Below the pieces are notes generated by a model, which was not told the DNA's origin, made no database searches, and saw nothing but the letters and a program-made list of their open reading frames with translations. From Bacteroidota bacterium (GTDB lineage Bacteria > Bacteroidota > Bacteroidia > NS11-12g > UBA955): DNA of 64,000 nucleotides. Within the stretch, counting starts at the first letter, position 1. Every line of letters starts with the position of its first letter. Both the position numbers and the translations under genes were made by a program. The DNA lies in assembly GCA_024103355.1 (NCBI GenBank), contig JAGFIU010000051.1, positions 19,548 through 83,547 on the forward strand. Direction: 5' to 3'. This document shows positions 44,812 to 55,400 of the stretch, one piece after another.

Positions 44812-47432
44812 TTTGATATGATTATTTTCTTTGTTAGAATACCTGTTTGAGAATACAGTTTAACAAAATACATACCATCAGGAATTTCCTGAACAGAAAT
44901 AGTAACAAGATTGTTATCTGTAAAGGTGTTTTGTGTCAAAATTATTTTACCTGCGATATTGATTATTTCAATTTTGCTAACCTGTTCTGTGGATTTGGTT
45001 AAATCAATCTGAAGCAAGTCTTTGGCAGGATTGGGGAATATTGAAATCAAATCTGGAGCTGTCAACTCTGAATAACCTACACTATTTCCTTTGGATACGG
45101 TGATGTCCAACAAATAAGTACCTGTTTTCCCTGTAAAGAAAGGAGCTACTCTAAAATAAAAAGTTCCACCATCATTCATGTAAATACCACTGCTCATGAG
45201 ATCATCATAAGCATCAGACCAAAATGTACCGTCTTTTGAAACAGAGAAAAGTGCATCAACAGTATATGTATTACCGTTGCCGCTATTACTTTGGTCGTGC
45301 AATCTGGCATTTACAGTATAGTCTTGTCCATTAGGCAGGTTGATTTTATAAAAGTCATTGTCGGTTCCTATATGAATATTAGAGCCGATGGTATAGACTT
45401 TTGCAGTATTGCCACTAAAAGACAAATTCAACAGATACGCATTCTCTTTGGTATTATTGTTCTCATATTGATCGGGTGCCAAAGGCGGTTCTTCCACAAT
45501 GACATAGATTGGATTTTGAAAATTGGAACTGCCTGCGTAGTACCAACTACTAGTGTTTTTTTTCTTGTAAGCAACAGAAAGCAGGTATGTTCCGGGAGCA
45601 AGTGTAACCTTTCCTGAGAAGGTAATCCCGTTGGTATAGTGATATCCTGAGGGTAATCCGTTAGTTTCGGTCAAAGTCTGTATTGTCTGAGCTGTAGAGC
45701 CGTCTAATGCAGAAAGATCCAATCTAATATCTCCGTAAAATATTGAGGAACCGGCATTGATAATATCTACACTGATATTCGCATTTTTGCTCTGAATTAT
45801 TTTATCTCCGACAATTGTAAAAGCGGAATTAACTTCAATGTCTGTGGAATATTCAACTTCAAACTGCTGCAAGTTGTTGAAAGCTCCATCGTCAATGATT
45901 GTCCAGTCTGCACTCCCTATTTTATAGAAAAAGGCTAAATAATATGTGCCCGGTACAAACTTCGCACTACCGGGATTTTGAAAAGTAAAAGACCTATAAT
46001 ATGTACTTGAGATTGAACTTGATTGTTTTTCCATGAAATCAACAAAGTTGTAGTCTTTATCAAATATTGCGGCACCTACTTCACCATTAAAATTATCAGG
46101 GCCGAAATTAGCAATGTCAACCGAAGCACTAAAAGCAGTGGTGAACCATACGGAAGTGGTTGACATTGAAATATTTGAATAAAGTCTCATGTCAACATTG
46201 GAACTGCCGCCACCACCACCACCGCCTGTGTTAGTTGGTTCGATTTTAATGACTGCTTGATGTCCGCTGTTAAAACCACCGGAACCTCCTCCGGTACCAA
46301 CCCCTTGCGGATTCAATGCGTTGATTGTATAGTATCCGTCATAAGCACCACCCCAACCCCAATTAAAATGGAAATAATTATTGTTGTCGTAGCCGTCAGC
46401 TACAAAACAGTGTCCTCCACCGCTGCCAAACCCTGCATAAAGTATAGGCCTACCGGCATCCAATTCGGTTTTTAGCAAATTAATCCATTGTGATTCATTG
46501 TATTTCTTCCTTGCTACACCTTGTAATGAGCTTTTATATCCAAAATAGTTTTTAAAAGCATATTCTGAACAATGGGTTACCGGACTCTCAGAAGAAATAA
46601 CGTAAGCTCCGCTTCCTCCATTGGATGCGATATCATAATTCATATCAACACTAATACCACAGTGATACATGAGTGTCGCAACTGCGTTGTTGTTGCTGTT
46701 CACAACGTTTGGCATGGAACTCCATTGATAAGTTGTACTGCCAAAGTTTGCTGAAAGAGTCCCATATTTAGTGTGATTGTATGAGTGAAACCCGGAACCT
46801 GTAGCAGGCTGATTCCAAAACTTCATTATTTGAGCCATGGCGGTTGCAACGCATCCGGTAACAGTTCTCTCTGAATTCTGATTGTCATACGGACAAAGTG
46901 CATTGTAATAAGGGGATTGATTCCATTTGGTCTGCATCAACGGGCTTACAGAGGCTGCCGGAGCTGCCGGTGTATTTGTATTATTCCCGTTTAGATAGAT
47001 ACTCCAAGCCATCTCTATCTCTTGAGTGGCTTGCATATTGTTTTCTATCGCCTCGCGAATTTGGCTTTTGTAGCCTTCTAACCATTTTTTTACACTGGGT
47101 GGAATATTGTTTGGGTCAAAAGAAATCTCATTAGAATAACCTAAAATTGGAATTACATTATCGTCTCCCGATACAATTACAAAACCAAGATTCTGGTTAT
47201 TAAAAACATAAAAGTATGTTAAGGGAGTAGCAGAAGAGTTAGGGTTACTAAACGAAGCACTTGATGTATAGACCAACTCAAGCGATATTGTACTTCTGCG
47301 TGCCTGCATTTTTTCACCGGCTGCAAGGTAGTTTTGTCCAACCCGTTTTGCAGTTTGAACATCGATTTGTTTTGAAAACAACGATGTGAGTGTGAATGAA
47401 ATGCCTAAAAAAAATAATAATGCCTTTTTCAT
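44808..47432 (-). CDS. Peptidase C10 (streptopain/SpeB-like cysteine protease) with poly-Gly linkers and a T9SS C-terminal sorting domain
   Basis: QTKWNQSPYYNALCP…GCVATAMAQIMKFW is the C10 catalytic-Cys region. C-terminal ~80 aa has ISIFPNPAKDLLQIDL…KIEIINIAGKIIL…GMYFVKL, a Por/T9SS CTD. Signal peptide present. Confidence 0.75.
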   Translation of the reverse strand: MKKALLFFLGISFTLTSLFSKQIDVQTAKRVGQNYLAAGEKMQARRSTISLELVYTSSASFSNPNSSATPLTYFYVFNNQNLGFVIVSGDDNVIPILGYSNEISFDPNNIPPSVKKWLEGYKSQIREAIENNMQATQEIEMAWSIYLNGNNTNTPAAPAASVSPLMQTKWNQSPYYNALCPYDNQNSERTVTGCVATAMAQIMKFWNQPATGSGFHSYNHTKYGTLSANFGSTTYQWSSMPNVVNSNNNAVATLMYHCGISVDMNYDIASNGGSGAYVISSESPVTHCSEYAFKNYFGYKSSLQGVARKKYNESQWINLLKTELDAGRPILYAGFGSGGGHCFVADGYDNNNYFHFNWGWGGAYDGYYTINALNPQGVGTGGGSGGFNSGHQAVIKIEPTNTGGGGGGGSSNVDMRLYSNISMSTTSVWFTTAFSASVDIANFGPDNFNGEVGAAIFDKDYNFVDFMEKQSSSISSTYYRSFTFQNPGSAKFVPGTYYLAFFYKIGSADWTIIDDGAFNNLQQFEVEYSTDIEVNSAFTIVGDKIIQSKNANISVDIINAGSSIFYGDIRLDLSALDGSTAQTIQTLTETNGLPSGYHYTNGITFSGKVTLAPGTYLLSVAYKKKNTSSWYYAGSSNFQNPIYVIVEEPPLAPDQYENNNTKENAYLLNLSFSGNTAKVYTIGSNIHIGTDNDFYKINLPNGQDYTVNARLHDQSNSGNGNTYTVDALFSVSKDGTFWSDAYDDLMSSGIYMNDGGTFYFRVAPFFTGKTGTYLLDITVSKGNSVGYSELTAPDLISIFPNPAKDLLQIDLTKSTEQVSKIEIINIAGKIILTQNTFTDNNLVTISVQEIPDGMYFVKLYSQTGILTKKIIISK
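46207..46226 (-). repeat. (GGT/ACC)n-type microsatellite encoding the Gly7 linker of the C10 peptidase
   Basis: gccgccaccaccaccaccgcc encodes GGGGGGG. Confidence 0.4.
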
Positions 47433-47438
47433 ATTTGA

Positions 47439-50018
47439 TTAATTGATAATTAATTTTTTGTAAATGATTTTGTGGTTAGAATGAATACGAACAAAATAAA
47501 GCCCTGAACTAAGGTGTTCCAATAGGATAGGACAGATGCTTTGTTCTTTTTCGATTTGAATCTCTTTAACGACTTGTCCGTTATAATTCAGAATGTCAAT
47601 CTTATGAAAATCCATATTCGAGTTTGAAAGCTCTATTTGAACTTGATTATCGGCAGGATTTGGATATAGATTAATAAGATTATTGTAGTCAATTTCAGAA
47701 ACAATTTCGGGAGTCTCTCTTTCAACAGAAATATCGAGCAGATAGGTTCCGTTTTCACCTTCAAAATAAGGAGCAACATGAAAATAAACGGTTCCGCCTT
47801 CTTTGTTGTTCAATAGGATTGGGGTAGGTATTATATCATCATAAGCCTGTGACCATGTTATGCTGTCTAAAGAATATGAAATCAAAGCGTCAACATAATA
47901 GTCATTTCCGTCATCGCTGCTGTATGAATCTTGTAATCTGGCAGTGATAGTATAGTTGTCTCCGGGAGCTAACTTTATTTTATAGAAATCGTTATCTGTT
48001 CCTATATGGATATTGGACTCAGTGGATTTTACTTTTGCCGTATTCGCAGAAAAAACAACAGGCAATAAATATGCAGCTTCAAGTGAGTCGTTATTTTCGT
48101 ACTTGTCGGGAGAGAGGATAGGGGCAACTACTTTTACATAAACCGGATTAGAAAAATTAGAGCTTCCGGCATAGTACCATTGTGATGTTCCCTGAAATTT
48201 GTATGCAATATCCATAAGGTAAGTGCCGGGTGTTACGCTGATTATACCTGAAAAATTAAGATTTCTATTTGCATTGGGGAAAATTCCTGTTTCATTGATA
48301 ACCCCAATAGTTTGAGCGGGTTTCCCGTCTAATGTTGAAAGTCGGATACTATATGAGCCAACAAATGTTGAATATGAACTGCTGTTTTTAACACTCACCG
48401 CAATGTTTGCGTTTTCACTTAAAACAAGGGTTCCACCGTCAATTGTAAAAGCTGAGTTAGTTTCAATATCTTCTGAAGAATATTTGAATAAAATTTGAGC
48501 AGAATTCATAAATAGACTGTCCCCCACAATTGACCATCCACCCTCACTTTTTTTATAAAATATTTCTACAAAATACTTCCCGGGAACATAAGCTGCACTA
48601 CCTTTGTTTTTGAATGTAGCAGAATAGCTGCTATCGGCTTTAATGCTCACGCTTACGCTATCCATAAAATCGATAAATTGCATGTTAACGTCAAAAATAG
48701 CCGCACCTAATTTGCCTGAAAAATTACTGATTCCAAAGTTTCTAATATTGGAAGAAACCTGAAATGCATTTAGGAATTTAACTCCAGTATCCGGTACGGT
48801 TATCAAAGAATTGATTTCCAATCGAGTGTTTTTGTTAAGTCCTGTTCCATCAGCGGGTTCTACTCCAAGAATAGCCTGATGCCCAGCATTAAAGCCTCCT
48901 GTGCCTCCACCGGTGCCAACACCGGCAGGGTTCAGTGCATTTATTGAAAAATAACCGTCATAAGAACCGCCCCAACCCCAATTGAAATGAAAGAATCCTG
49001 CTTCATCATAACCGTCACAAATAAAACAATGTCCGCCACCGCTGCCGAATCCGGCATAGATAACCGGACGCCCTTCATCAATTTCTTTTTTAATCGCTGC
49101 AATCCATTGAGATTCTGAATAGTTTTTTCTCTCTACTCCTTTTAAAGTGTTTTTGTAGTCAAAATAATTTTTAAGTGCATATTCAGTACAGTTTTGAACG
49201 GGACTTTGAGAACTTATAACATAAGCACCACTAGATGAGGGGCTATAATTCATGTTCACACTGACACCACAATCATACATCAATGTTGCTACGGCATTAT
49301 TAGGGCTGTTTACTAAATATGGCATTGAGTCCCATTGGTAGGTTCTGCTTCCAAAATTGCTTGAGAGTGTACCGTATGATTTGTGATTATATGAGTGAAA
49401 ACCGGTTCCTGTTGCCGGATAGTTCCAAAATTTCAATACTTGCGCCATGGCTGTTGCTACACAGCCGGTTACTGAACTATTTGGGCATAAATCATTTACA
49501 TAAGGCCTTTGATTCCATTTGGTTTTTACCAAAGGGTCAACACTTGAACCAATTGGTGAAGCAGGTGCTTTGCTGTTCAAATAATTTTCCCATTCTTGTT
49601 TAATCTCTTTTGAGGGTTGTAGGTTGTTTTCGATTGCATAACGAATCTGATTCTTGTATTCATCAAGCCATTTTTGCACACTTTCGGGAATATCGTTTGG
49701 ATTAAAACTCCCTTCTTTTGAATAACCCAGTATAGGTTTGACAATATCATCAGCGGCAACAATCACAAAACCACTTGTAGAAGCATTAAATACATAAAAT
49801 AGGTTAGTTGGTTTTTTGTTTGTTTGATTTGCTGTATTAAAATAATTATTGGTAAAAACTAGTGTAAACTCGGAATTACTCTTTCGCAAAGGAGTATTGT
49901 CGTATGCCATAGCAAAGTTTTGTCCTATTTTTTTTGCAGTTAGTGCATCAATTTGTTTTGAATAAGAAGTTGTTAAAAAAAATAGGTAACAAAAAAAGTA
50001 GAGTAATATTTTTTTCAT
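47439..50018 (-). CDS. Peptidase C10 family protein with T9SS C-terminal sorting domain, tandem paralog of the downstream gene
   Basis: KTKWNQRPYVNDLCP…GCVATAMAQVLKFW. The CTD has INLYPNPADNQVQIEL…GLYFVRI. Roughly 60% identical to the 44808 gene across the catalytic region. Confidence 0.75.
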   Translation of the reverse strand: MKKILLYFFCYLFFLTTSYSKQIDALTAKKIGQNFAMAYDNTPLRKSNSEFTLVFTNNYFNTANQTNKKPTNLFYVFNASTSGFVIVAADDIVKPILGYSKEGSFNPNDIPESVQKWLDEYKNQIRYAIENNLQPSKEIKQEWENYLNSKAPASPIGSSVDPLVKTKWNQRPYVNDLCPNSSVTGCVATAMAQVLKFWNYPATGTGFHSYNHKSYGTLSSNFGSRTYQWDSMPYLVNSPNNAVATLMYDCGVSVNMNYSPSSSGAYVISSQSPVQNCTEYALKNYFDYKNTLKGVERKNYSESQWIAAIKKEIDEGRPVIYAGFGSGGGHCFICDGYDEAGFFHFNWGWGGSYDGYFSINALNPAGVGTGGGTGGFNAGHQAILGVEPADGTGLNKNTRLEINSLITVPDTGVKFLNAFQVSSNIRNFGISNFSGKLGAAIFDVNMQFIDFMDSVSVSIKADSSYSATFKNKGSAAYVPGKYFVEIFYKKSEGGWSIVGDSLFMNSAQILFKYSSEDIETNSAFTIDGGTLVLSENANIAVSVKNSSSYSTFVGSYSIRLSTLDGKPAQTIGVINETGIFPNANRNLNFSGIISVTPGTYLMDIAYKFQGTSQWYYAGSSNFSNPVYVKVVAPILSPDKYENNDSLEAAYLLPVVFSANTAKVKSTESNIHIGTDNDFYKIKLAPGDNYTITARLQDSYSSDDGNDYYVDALISYSLDSITWSQAYDDIIPTPILLNNKEGGTVYFHVAPYFEGENGTYLLDISVERETPEIVSEIDYNNLINLYPNPADNQVQIELSNSNMDFHKIDILNYNGQVVKEIQIEKEQSICPILLEHLSSGLYFVRIHSNHKIIYKKLIIN

Positions 50019-50084
50019 AATGATTCCTTGTCTTTGTTTATGCAAACATAGTTATCTTTTAAACATAAGAATCAAATAAAAAAA

Positions 50085-50864
50085 TTAGATGAAGAAGTGA
50101 AAACTGTCACCTCTTAGCCCAATCCGGAGTGCTTCAAGTGCAATGATATCATTAGGGCTGATATTTCCTAAGTTTACATTTTGCCCTATTTGGTTGATAA
50201 ACCATACTTGTTGTGCTTTTTGTGGAGCTTCCCAAATAATTTTATCAGCAGGAATTTTTCTGATGATTTCAGCAATCAAGCCTGAACGGACTTCTCCGGT
50301 ACCTCTGAAAATACCTACAGTTCCACTCTCTCGTGCCTCAGCTATAACTTTCCATGAACCTGCACTGAGTTCTGTTTCCATCATTTCTATCCATTCAAAA
50401 GGTGGAATAATTTTTTCTGCATCTTTTGATCCTACTTCACTCAGTACGGTATAGTTTTTTGAAAGGACGTTGATATACTTACACTTTTCTTCATGCGGAA
50501 TGTTGATAGAGCCATCTGAAACCTCAACAGTATCAATTTTTAATCTGTCAATCAGACGACAGTAGTCATCAAATTGTTTCCGAATTAAATAAGCTTCAAA
50601 AAGTGTTCCGCCCAGATATACTTTAAATCCTGCTTTCTGATATAATTCTATTTTCTCTTTGAGACGCGGAGTTACAAAAGATGTCCCAAATCCAAGTTTT
50701 ATCAGGTCGATAATTTCGTTGCCGTTTTCTGCCAAAGATAGAGCTTCATTAAAGCTTAAACCCTTATCCATCACCATAGTCAGCCCGGAAGTGCGTGGTT
50801 TTATGTTGCGTTCAGGTATGTTGGATAGATTAAATAATTCTTGATTACTCATTTGCAGGCGCAA
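50085..50864 (-). CDS. comA: (2R)-phospho-3-sulfolactate synthase family protein (ComA-like)
   Basis: KPRTSGLTMVMDKGL…GGTLFE…EAPQKAQQVWFI…LEALRIGLRGDSF closely matches conserved ComA blocks (…TVVLDKGLP…EAPQKSQQV…LETLRRGLRGDTF). Confidence 0.8.
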   Translation of the reverse strand: MRLQMSNQELFNLSNIPERNIKPRTSGLTMVMDKGLSFNEALSLAENGNEIIDLIKLGFGTSFVTPRLKEKIELYQKAGFKVYLGGTLFEAYLIRKQFDDYCRLIDRLKIDTVEVSDGSINIPHEEKCKYINVLSKNYTVLSEVGSKDAEKIIPPFEWIEMMETELSAGSWKVIAEARESGTVGIFRGTGEVRSGLIAEIIRKIPADKIIWEAPQKAQQVWFINQIGQNVNLGNISPNDIIALEALRIGLRGDSFHFFI

Positions 50865-50876
50865 AAGTAAATTTTT

Positions 50877-52301
50877 CTAAAACAATTCCTTTAAGTTGAT
50901 AATCTCAGGGTCATGAATCATTCTCGCATCTATCATTTCGAGGTATTCCATAGTCTCTTTTGAATTTAAAGAGAAGCAATTGAGCATTTCTTGCATGTAT
51001 TGAATATTTTTCCCTTCTGATTTTGCAATGAGTGCCCCAAATATCATAGTCAACAACGAGTCATTGTTTTCTTCAATTTTATTAAATTCATAAACTTCAT
51101 ACATATAGGTAATTTCTTCGGCATGGAAGAATAACCCAAAAAATCGACACGCAAAATAGTCATAATCAACTTTGGAAAGAGGTTTTGCACTTTTAAAACA
51201 TTCAATCATATCGTCTACCTCTTCAAGAGCGAGTGCAATTTCTGCCCGCAGAATATAATTGTGTATGCTGGGATTTAGATTGATTGCTTTTTCAATATAT
51301 GGGATAGCTTTGTTTGCATTTCCTTGGCGTAGATATGAGTAAGCCAATTCATAATTTACTTCAGATTGGTTAAAATCAGTATTGGAGAGCAGATTTTGAA
51401 GCAAAAATCTTGCTTGAGTGAAATCTTCAAGCCGGTTCATACAAACAGCAGTCTCAATGATACACTCTTCTTTGGAATATCCCGCTTCGGAAGCCTCTCC
51501 GAAATATCTTTTGGCTATATTGTATTGCTTTTTTTCTTTGTGGCAAATTCCAAGAAAAAATAAAGGGTTTGGGGATTTTTCGTCTAAGTAATGTGCATAT
51601 TCAAAAGATTCAATTGCTAAGTCTATGTTGTTAAGAAATAGTAAGGATACATGCCCTTTATAGAACCAATAAAATAAGTTAAAAGGATCATTATTGATAA
51701 GTATGTTTACCGCTTCAATAATATGTTCAGGTTCAAATTGTAAAGTTGCATAAGTACTATAATTTTCTCCTGCACATTCATATTTAATGATTTGAGCTAT
51801 TTTATTAATAGCTTCTTCTTTACGTTCAAAATGTAGTAGAAGTGAAGCTAACCTCACTTGAACATCTTGGTTGTATTCGGGGAAAAGTTGTTCAGCTTCA
51901 ATTAATAACTCGAATGATTGAGTGTAGTTCTCCATTTCATCAAAGCATTCTGCCATCAATACTAAAATCTCCGGATTCATGGGGTCTAGTAATTTTGCGC
52001 TTTGTAAAAATGGAAGTGCTGTTCTGTGTAAATCTCTTTCAATATAAAAATATGCAGAGCAAACGTGAAAAGCACCTGAGTTAGGAAAAGTTTTTAAACC
52101 CAATTCTAATATTTTAGTTATTGTTGAATCACTTTCTTCTTCAGTGAAATAAGAAAAATAACTGAATAGAAATTCTAGTTCGTGTTCTGAGAAATATCTT
52201 GCATTGCCGGATTCCCAATCAGCAAACCTTTCAAGTAATTCATTCGCCCTGTTACTGCCGGGAGTTATGATTTCATCATCTTCTTCTTCGTCTTCCCACA
52301 T
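50877..52301 (-). CDS. TPR-repeat protein
   Basis: Multiple 34-aa helical repeats with the W-LG-Y / A-F-A-P pattern. 474 aa. Acidic N-terminus. Confidence 0.6.
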   Translation of the reverse strand: MWEDEEEDDEIITPGSNRANELLERFADWESGNARYFSEHELEFLFSYFSYFTEEESDSTITKILELGLKTFPNSGAFHVCSAYFYIERDLHRTALPFLQSAKLLDPMNPEILVLMAECFDEMENYTQSFELLIEAEQLFPEYNQDVQVRLASLLLHFERKEEAINKIAQIIKYECAGENYSTYATLQFEPEHIIEAVNILINNDPFNLFYWFYKGHVSLLFLNNIDLAIESFEYAHYLDEKSPNPLFFLGICHKEKKQYNIAKRYFGEASEAGYSKEECIIETAVCMNRLEDFTQARFLLQNLLSNTDFNQSEVNYELAYSYLRQGNANKAIPYIEKAINLNPSIHNYILRAEIALALEEVDDMIECFKSAKPLSKVDYDYFACRFFGLFFHAEEITYMYEVYEFNKIEENNDSLLTMIFGALIAKSEGKNIQYMQEMLNCFSLNSKETMEYLEMIDARMIHDPEIINLKELF

Positions 52302-52405
52302 AGATTCTATATATTATTGTTCAAGTCAAAAGTAACTGAATATTATTTGGATAAGATTTTACTTTTCCATAATTTATTAACTATTATTGCTTATTCAAAA
52401 TTACG

Positions 52406-55400
52406 ATGCAAAGATACACCTTGTTTTTAGGTTTATTTGTATGTGCCCCAATACTCTTAACCGCACAAAAACCTAGTTTAAACCAATCTGAATGGCAACA
52501 AAGAGCAAATCACCAAATTGAGGTCGAATTGTATTATGATTCTGGTCGCGCCTATCTTGAGGGCAATCAACAAATAGAGTATTTCAATAATTCTCCGGAT
52601 ACTATGAATGAAATTTTCTTGCATTTATGGCCCAATGCATATAAAAATAATACTACACCATTTGCCCAACAACAAGCTGCGATGAACAAAAAAGAGTTTC
52701 TTTTACCTCATGCTAAGAAAGGTAATATTGAAATCAGCGATGTGAAGGTAAACGGCAATATTGTTGCTATTGCAGATGCTGAGACTGAAATTGCTAAAAT
52801 AGTGCTTCAACAACCAATTCTCCCGCATAGCTCTGTTAAAATTACAATGAAATTTAATGTTTTAGTGCCCCCTTTTTATTCCAGAATGGGAGCTACTTCT
52901 GATTTTATTTCAGCAACCCAATGGTATCCTAAACCCGCAGTATATGATGTTAATGGCTGGAACACTATGCCATATCTTGATCAAGGTGAATTCTACAGCG
53001 AGTTTGGTGATTATGATGTGACAATTACTACACCGGCTGATTTTTTGGTGGCAGCAGGTGGAAATCTTACTACAGAAAGTGAAATAGAGTATCTGAAAAA
53101 TCTCAGTGATTATTATTTAGATAGTATTACGCTTCATGATTTTAATAAATTACCAAAAATGTCCAGACCGGTTTCTCCATGGAAAGACAAAAGAGTTGTA
53201 AATTACATTCTTCACAATGCTCATGATTTTGCTTGGTTTGCATCTCCAAAATTCCAATTTATTTCCGACACTGTTAAACTTAGTAGTGATAAGGTAGTTG
53301 AAACACAATACTATTCTGTTTCCGGGACAAGTAAAAGTGATTTGATAGCAATATCTGAATCATTAAGACACTACTCCAATCACGTTGGAGATTATCCTTA
53401 TGATGTTTGCAAAGTTGTTATCGGCCCCCTAATTGCGGGTGGTGGAATGGAATATCCTACTATTACCATTTGTGCTTCTAATGACTTTTCTACCGTAATG
53501 CATGAAATTGGACATAATTGGTTCTATGGTGCTTTGGGTTCAAATGAACGCGAATTTCCTTGGATGGACGAGTCTGTCAATTCTTTTTATGAAAATCTCT
53601 ATACTACAAAAAAGTTGAGTAACTATAAATTGAATTCAATAAAAATGATTGAAGGGAAAGGGAGTTTTGTTTCTCACTATCTTAATCATCTTGATAAGAT
53701 TTTGGATTTGAACTACCGAAGAATGGGAGAGTCTCAAAGTGGTGATTTGCCTGCGTATGAATATAATTCAAAAAGCTATTATTCAGTTATTTACGGGCGT
53801 ATGCCTCATGGTTTTGCTTATTTGTATGAATATTTAGGTGAAAATGTTTTTCAGAAAGCGATGCACGATTATTATAATCAATGGAAGTTCAAACACCCGT
53901 TGCCTAAGGATATGCAAAACGCTTTTGAGAACTCAACTAATATGGATTTGAGTTGGTTTTTTGAAAATATGTTTCAAGATTATAAAGGAACTGATTTCAA
54001 AGTAAACTATGTAAAGAAAATCTCCGAAAATCGTTTTGAAGTTAGTCTATCCAATAGAAGCAATCTGAAGATTCCTCTGCAATACGGTTTTTATCAGAAA
54101 ATAGGAAACAATTCAGATATTATTGAAACAGGATTCATTCCGGCATTTTCAAAAGATACGACTATTACTATTAATGCCATATATAGCAATATCTATTATT
54201 TTCTGCTTGACCCATACCAATTATTGCCTGAAAATAATAGAGAAAATGACCTTGTCCATTTGGCCTCTGACTTCAGAAAATATGGTTCCGGTTCTTATTT
54301 GAAATTCAAGTTCTTTCAAGTGATTGAGAATCAATTTCAAAGGCAGTTGATTGTCCAGCCTGCAATTACATACAATCTCTATTCAGGATGGGGTGTTGGG
54401 CTAAATATGTATAACAGAGTTTTTCCTTTCAAGAAAGCTGAGTTTAGCATTACCCCGTTCTATGCACTTCATTCGAAGAATGTAGTGGGAACTGCTGATT
54501 TGGTATTTAATTTCAGGGTTTATGATTCAAAGATTTTCGGTATTAAAACCGGAGTCGATTTTACACGATTTGATTTTAGACCGGTCTATAGCCCCAATGT
54601 TTACAACAAAATCAATCCTTATATTGTTATTAAATTTAAGACCAAGGGAATAGCATCAGAGCGATTTAAAAAAGAACTTAAGATTCAAGGAATCAATGTG
54701 TTTTGTGATAATAAGTCTTATTCTGTTTTTAACACTTATCTTGACACATCTTATATAATGCTTTATCCGTCATATACATCAGCTTTGTATCTGAGAACGG
54801 ATTACAGCCATATTGATTATCATGCAGTAAATCCGCAATCTTTTAATATTGGATTGGAAGGAGGGCTTGCCGGACTTAATCAAGGTGTCACAGACGAATA
54901 TCTTAAAATGGACTTTAATTATAAAATTGAACAAATATTGAAAGGGAAGGGGCGAGGAATGAAAGCCGAGTTCAATGCCGGATTCTTTTTATATAAAACC
55001 CAAGGTATGAGTGGCATCTACTTATTTAGAGGAAGTGGAAATACGGGAACTTATGATTATTTATTCAAAGAAAAACTTATAGGAAGGAATGAAAGACTGA
55101 ATTCGAATATTTGGGCACAACAGCTTATCACACAAGGAGGAGATATGAGAATCAATGCCCCCTCATTGATGGACAACGCATTTACATCTCTCAAACTAGA
55201 AACCAGTCTTCCTCTTTTGCCTATTGTGAGATTATATACAGATATGGCTGTGAATCCATTACGTTCCAAGAGTAAACTGTTCGCAGTTGGTGGCGTTTCG
55301 CTTGTGTTAGCAAAAGATATATTAGAAGTTTATTTTCCGCTTGTTTATACTGATAATTTCAAACAATTTTATGACTTGAACAATATTGACTTTGCTCAGA

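Larger units (their letters stand above)
44808..50045 (-). repeat. About 2.6 kb tandem direct gene duplication (two C10 peptidase paralogs 6 bp apart)
   Basis: Colinear protein similarity over the full length, including the signal peptide, catalytic domain, Gly-rich linker, beta-rich region and CTD. Confidence 0.7.
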
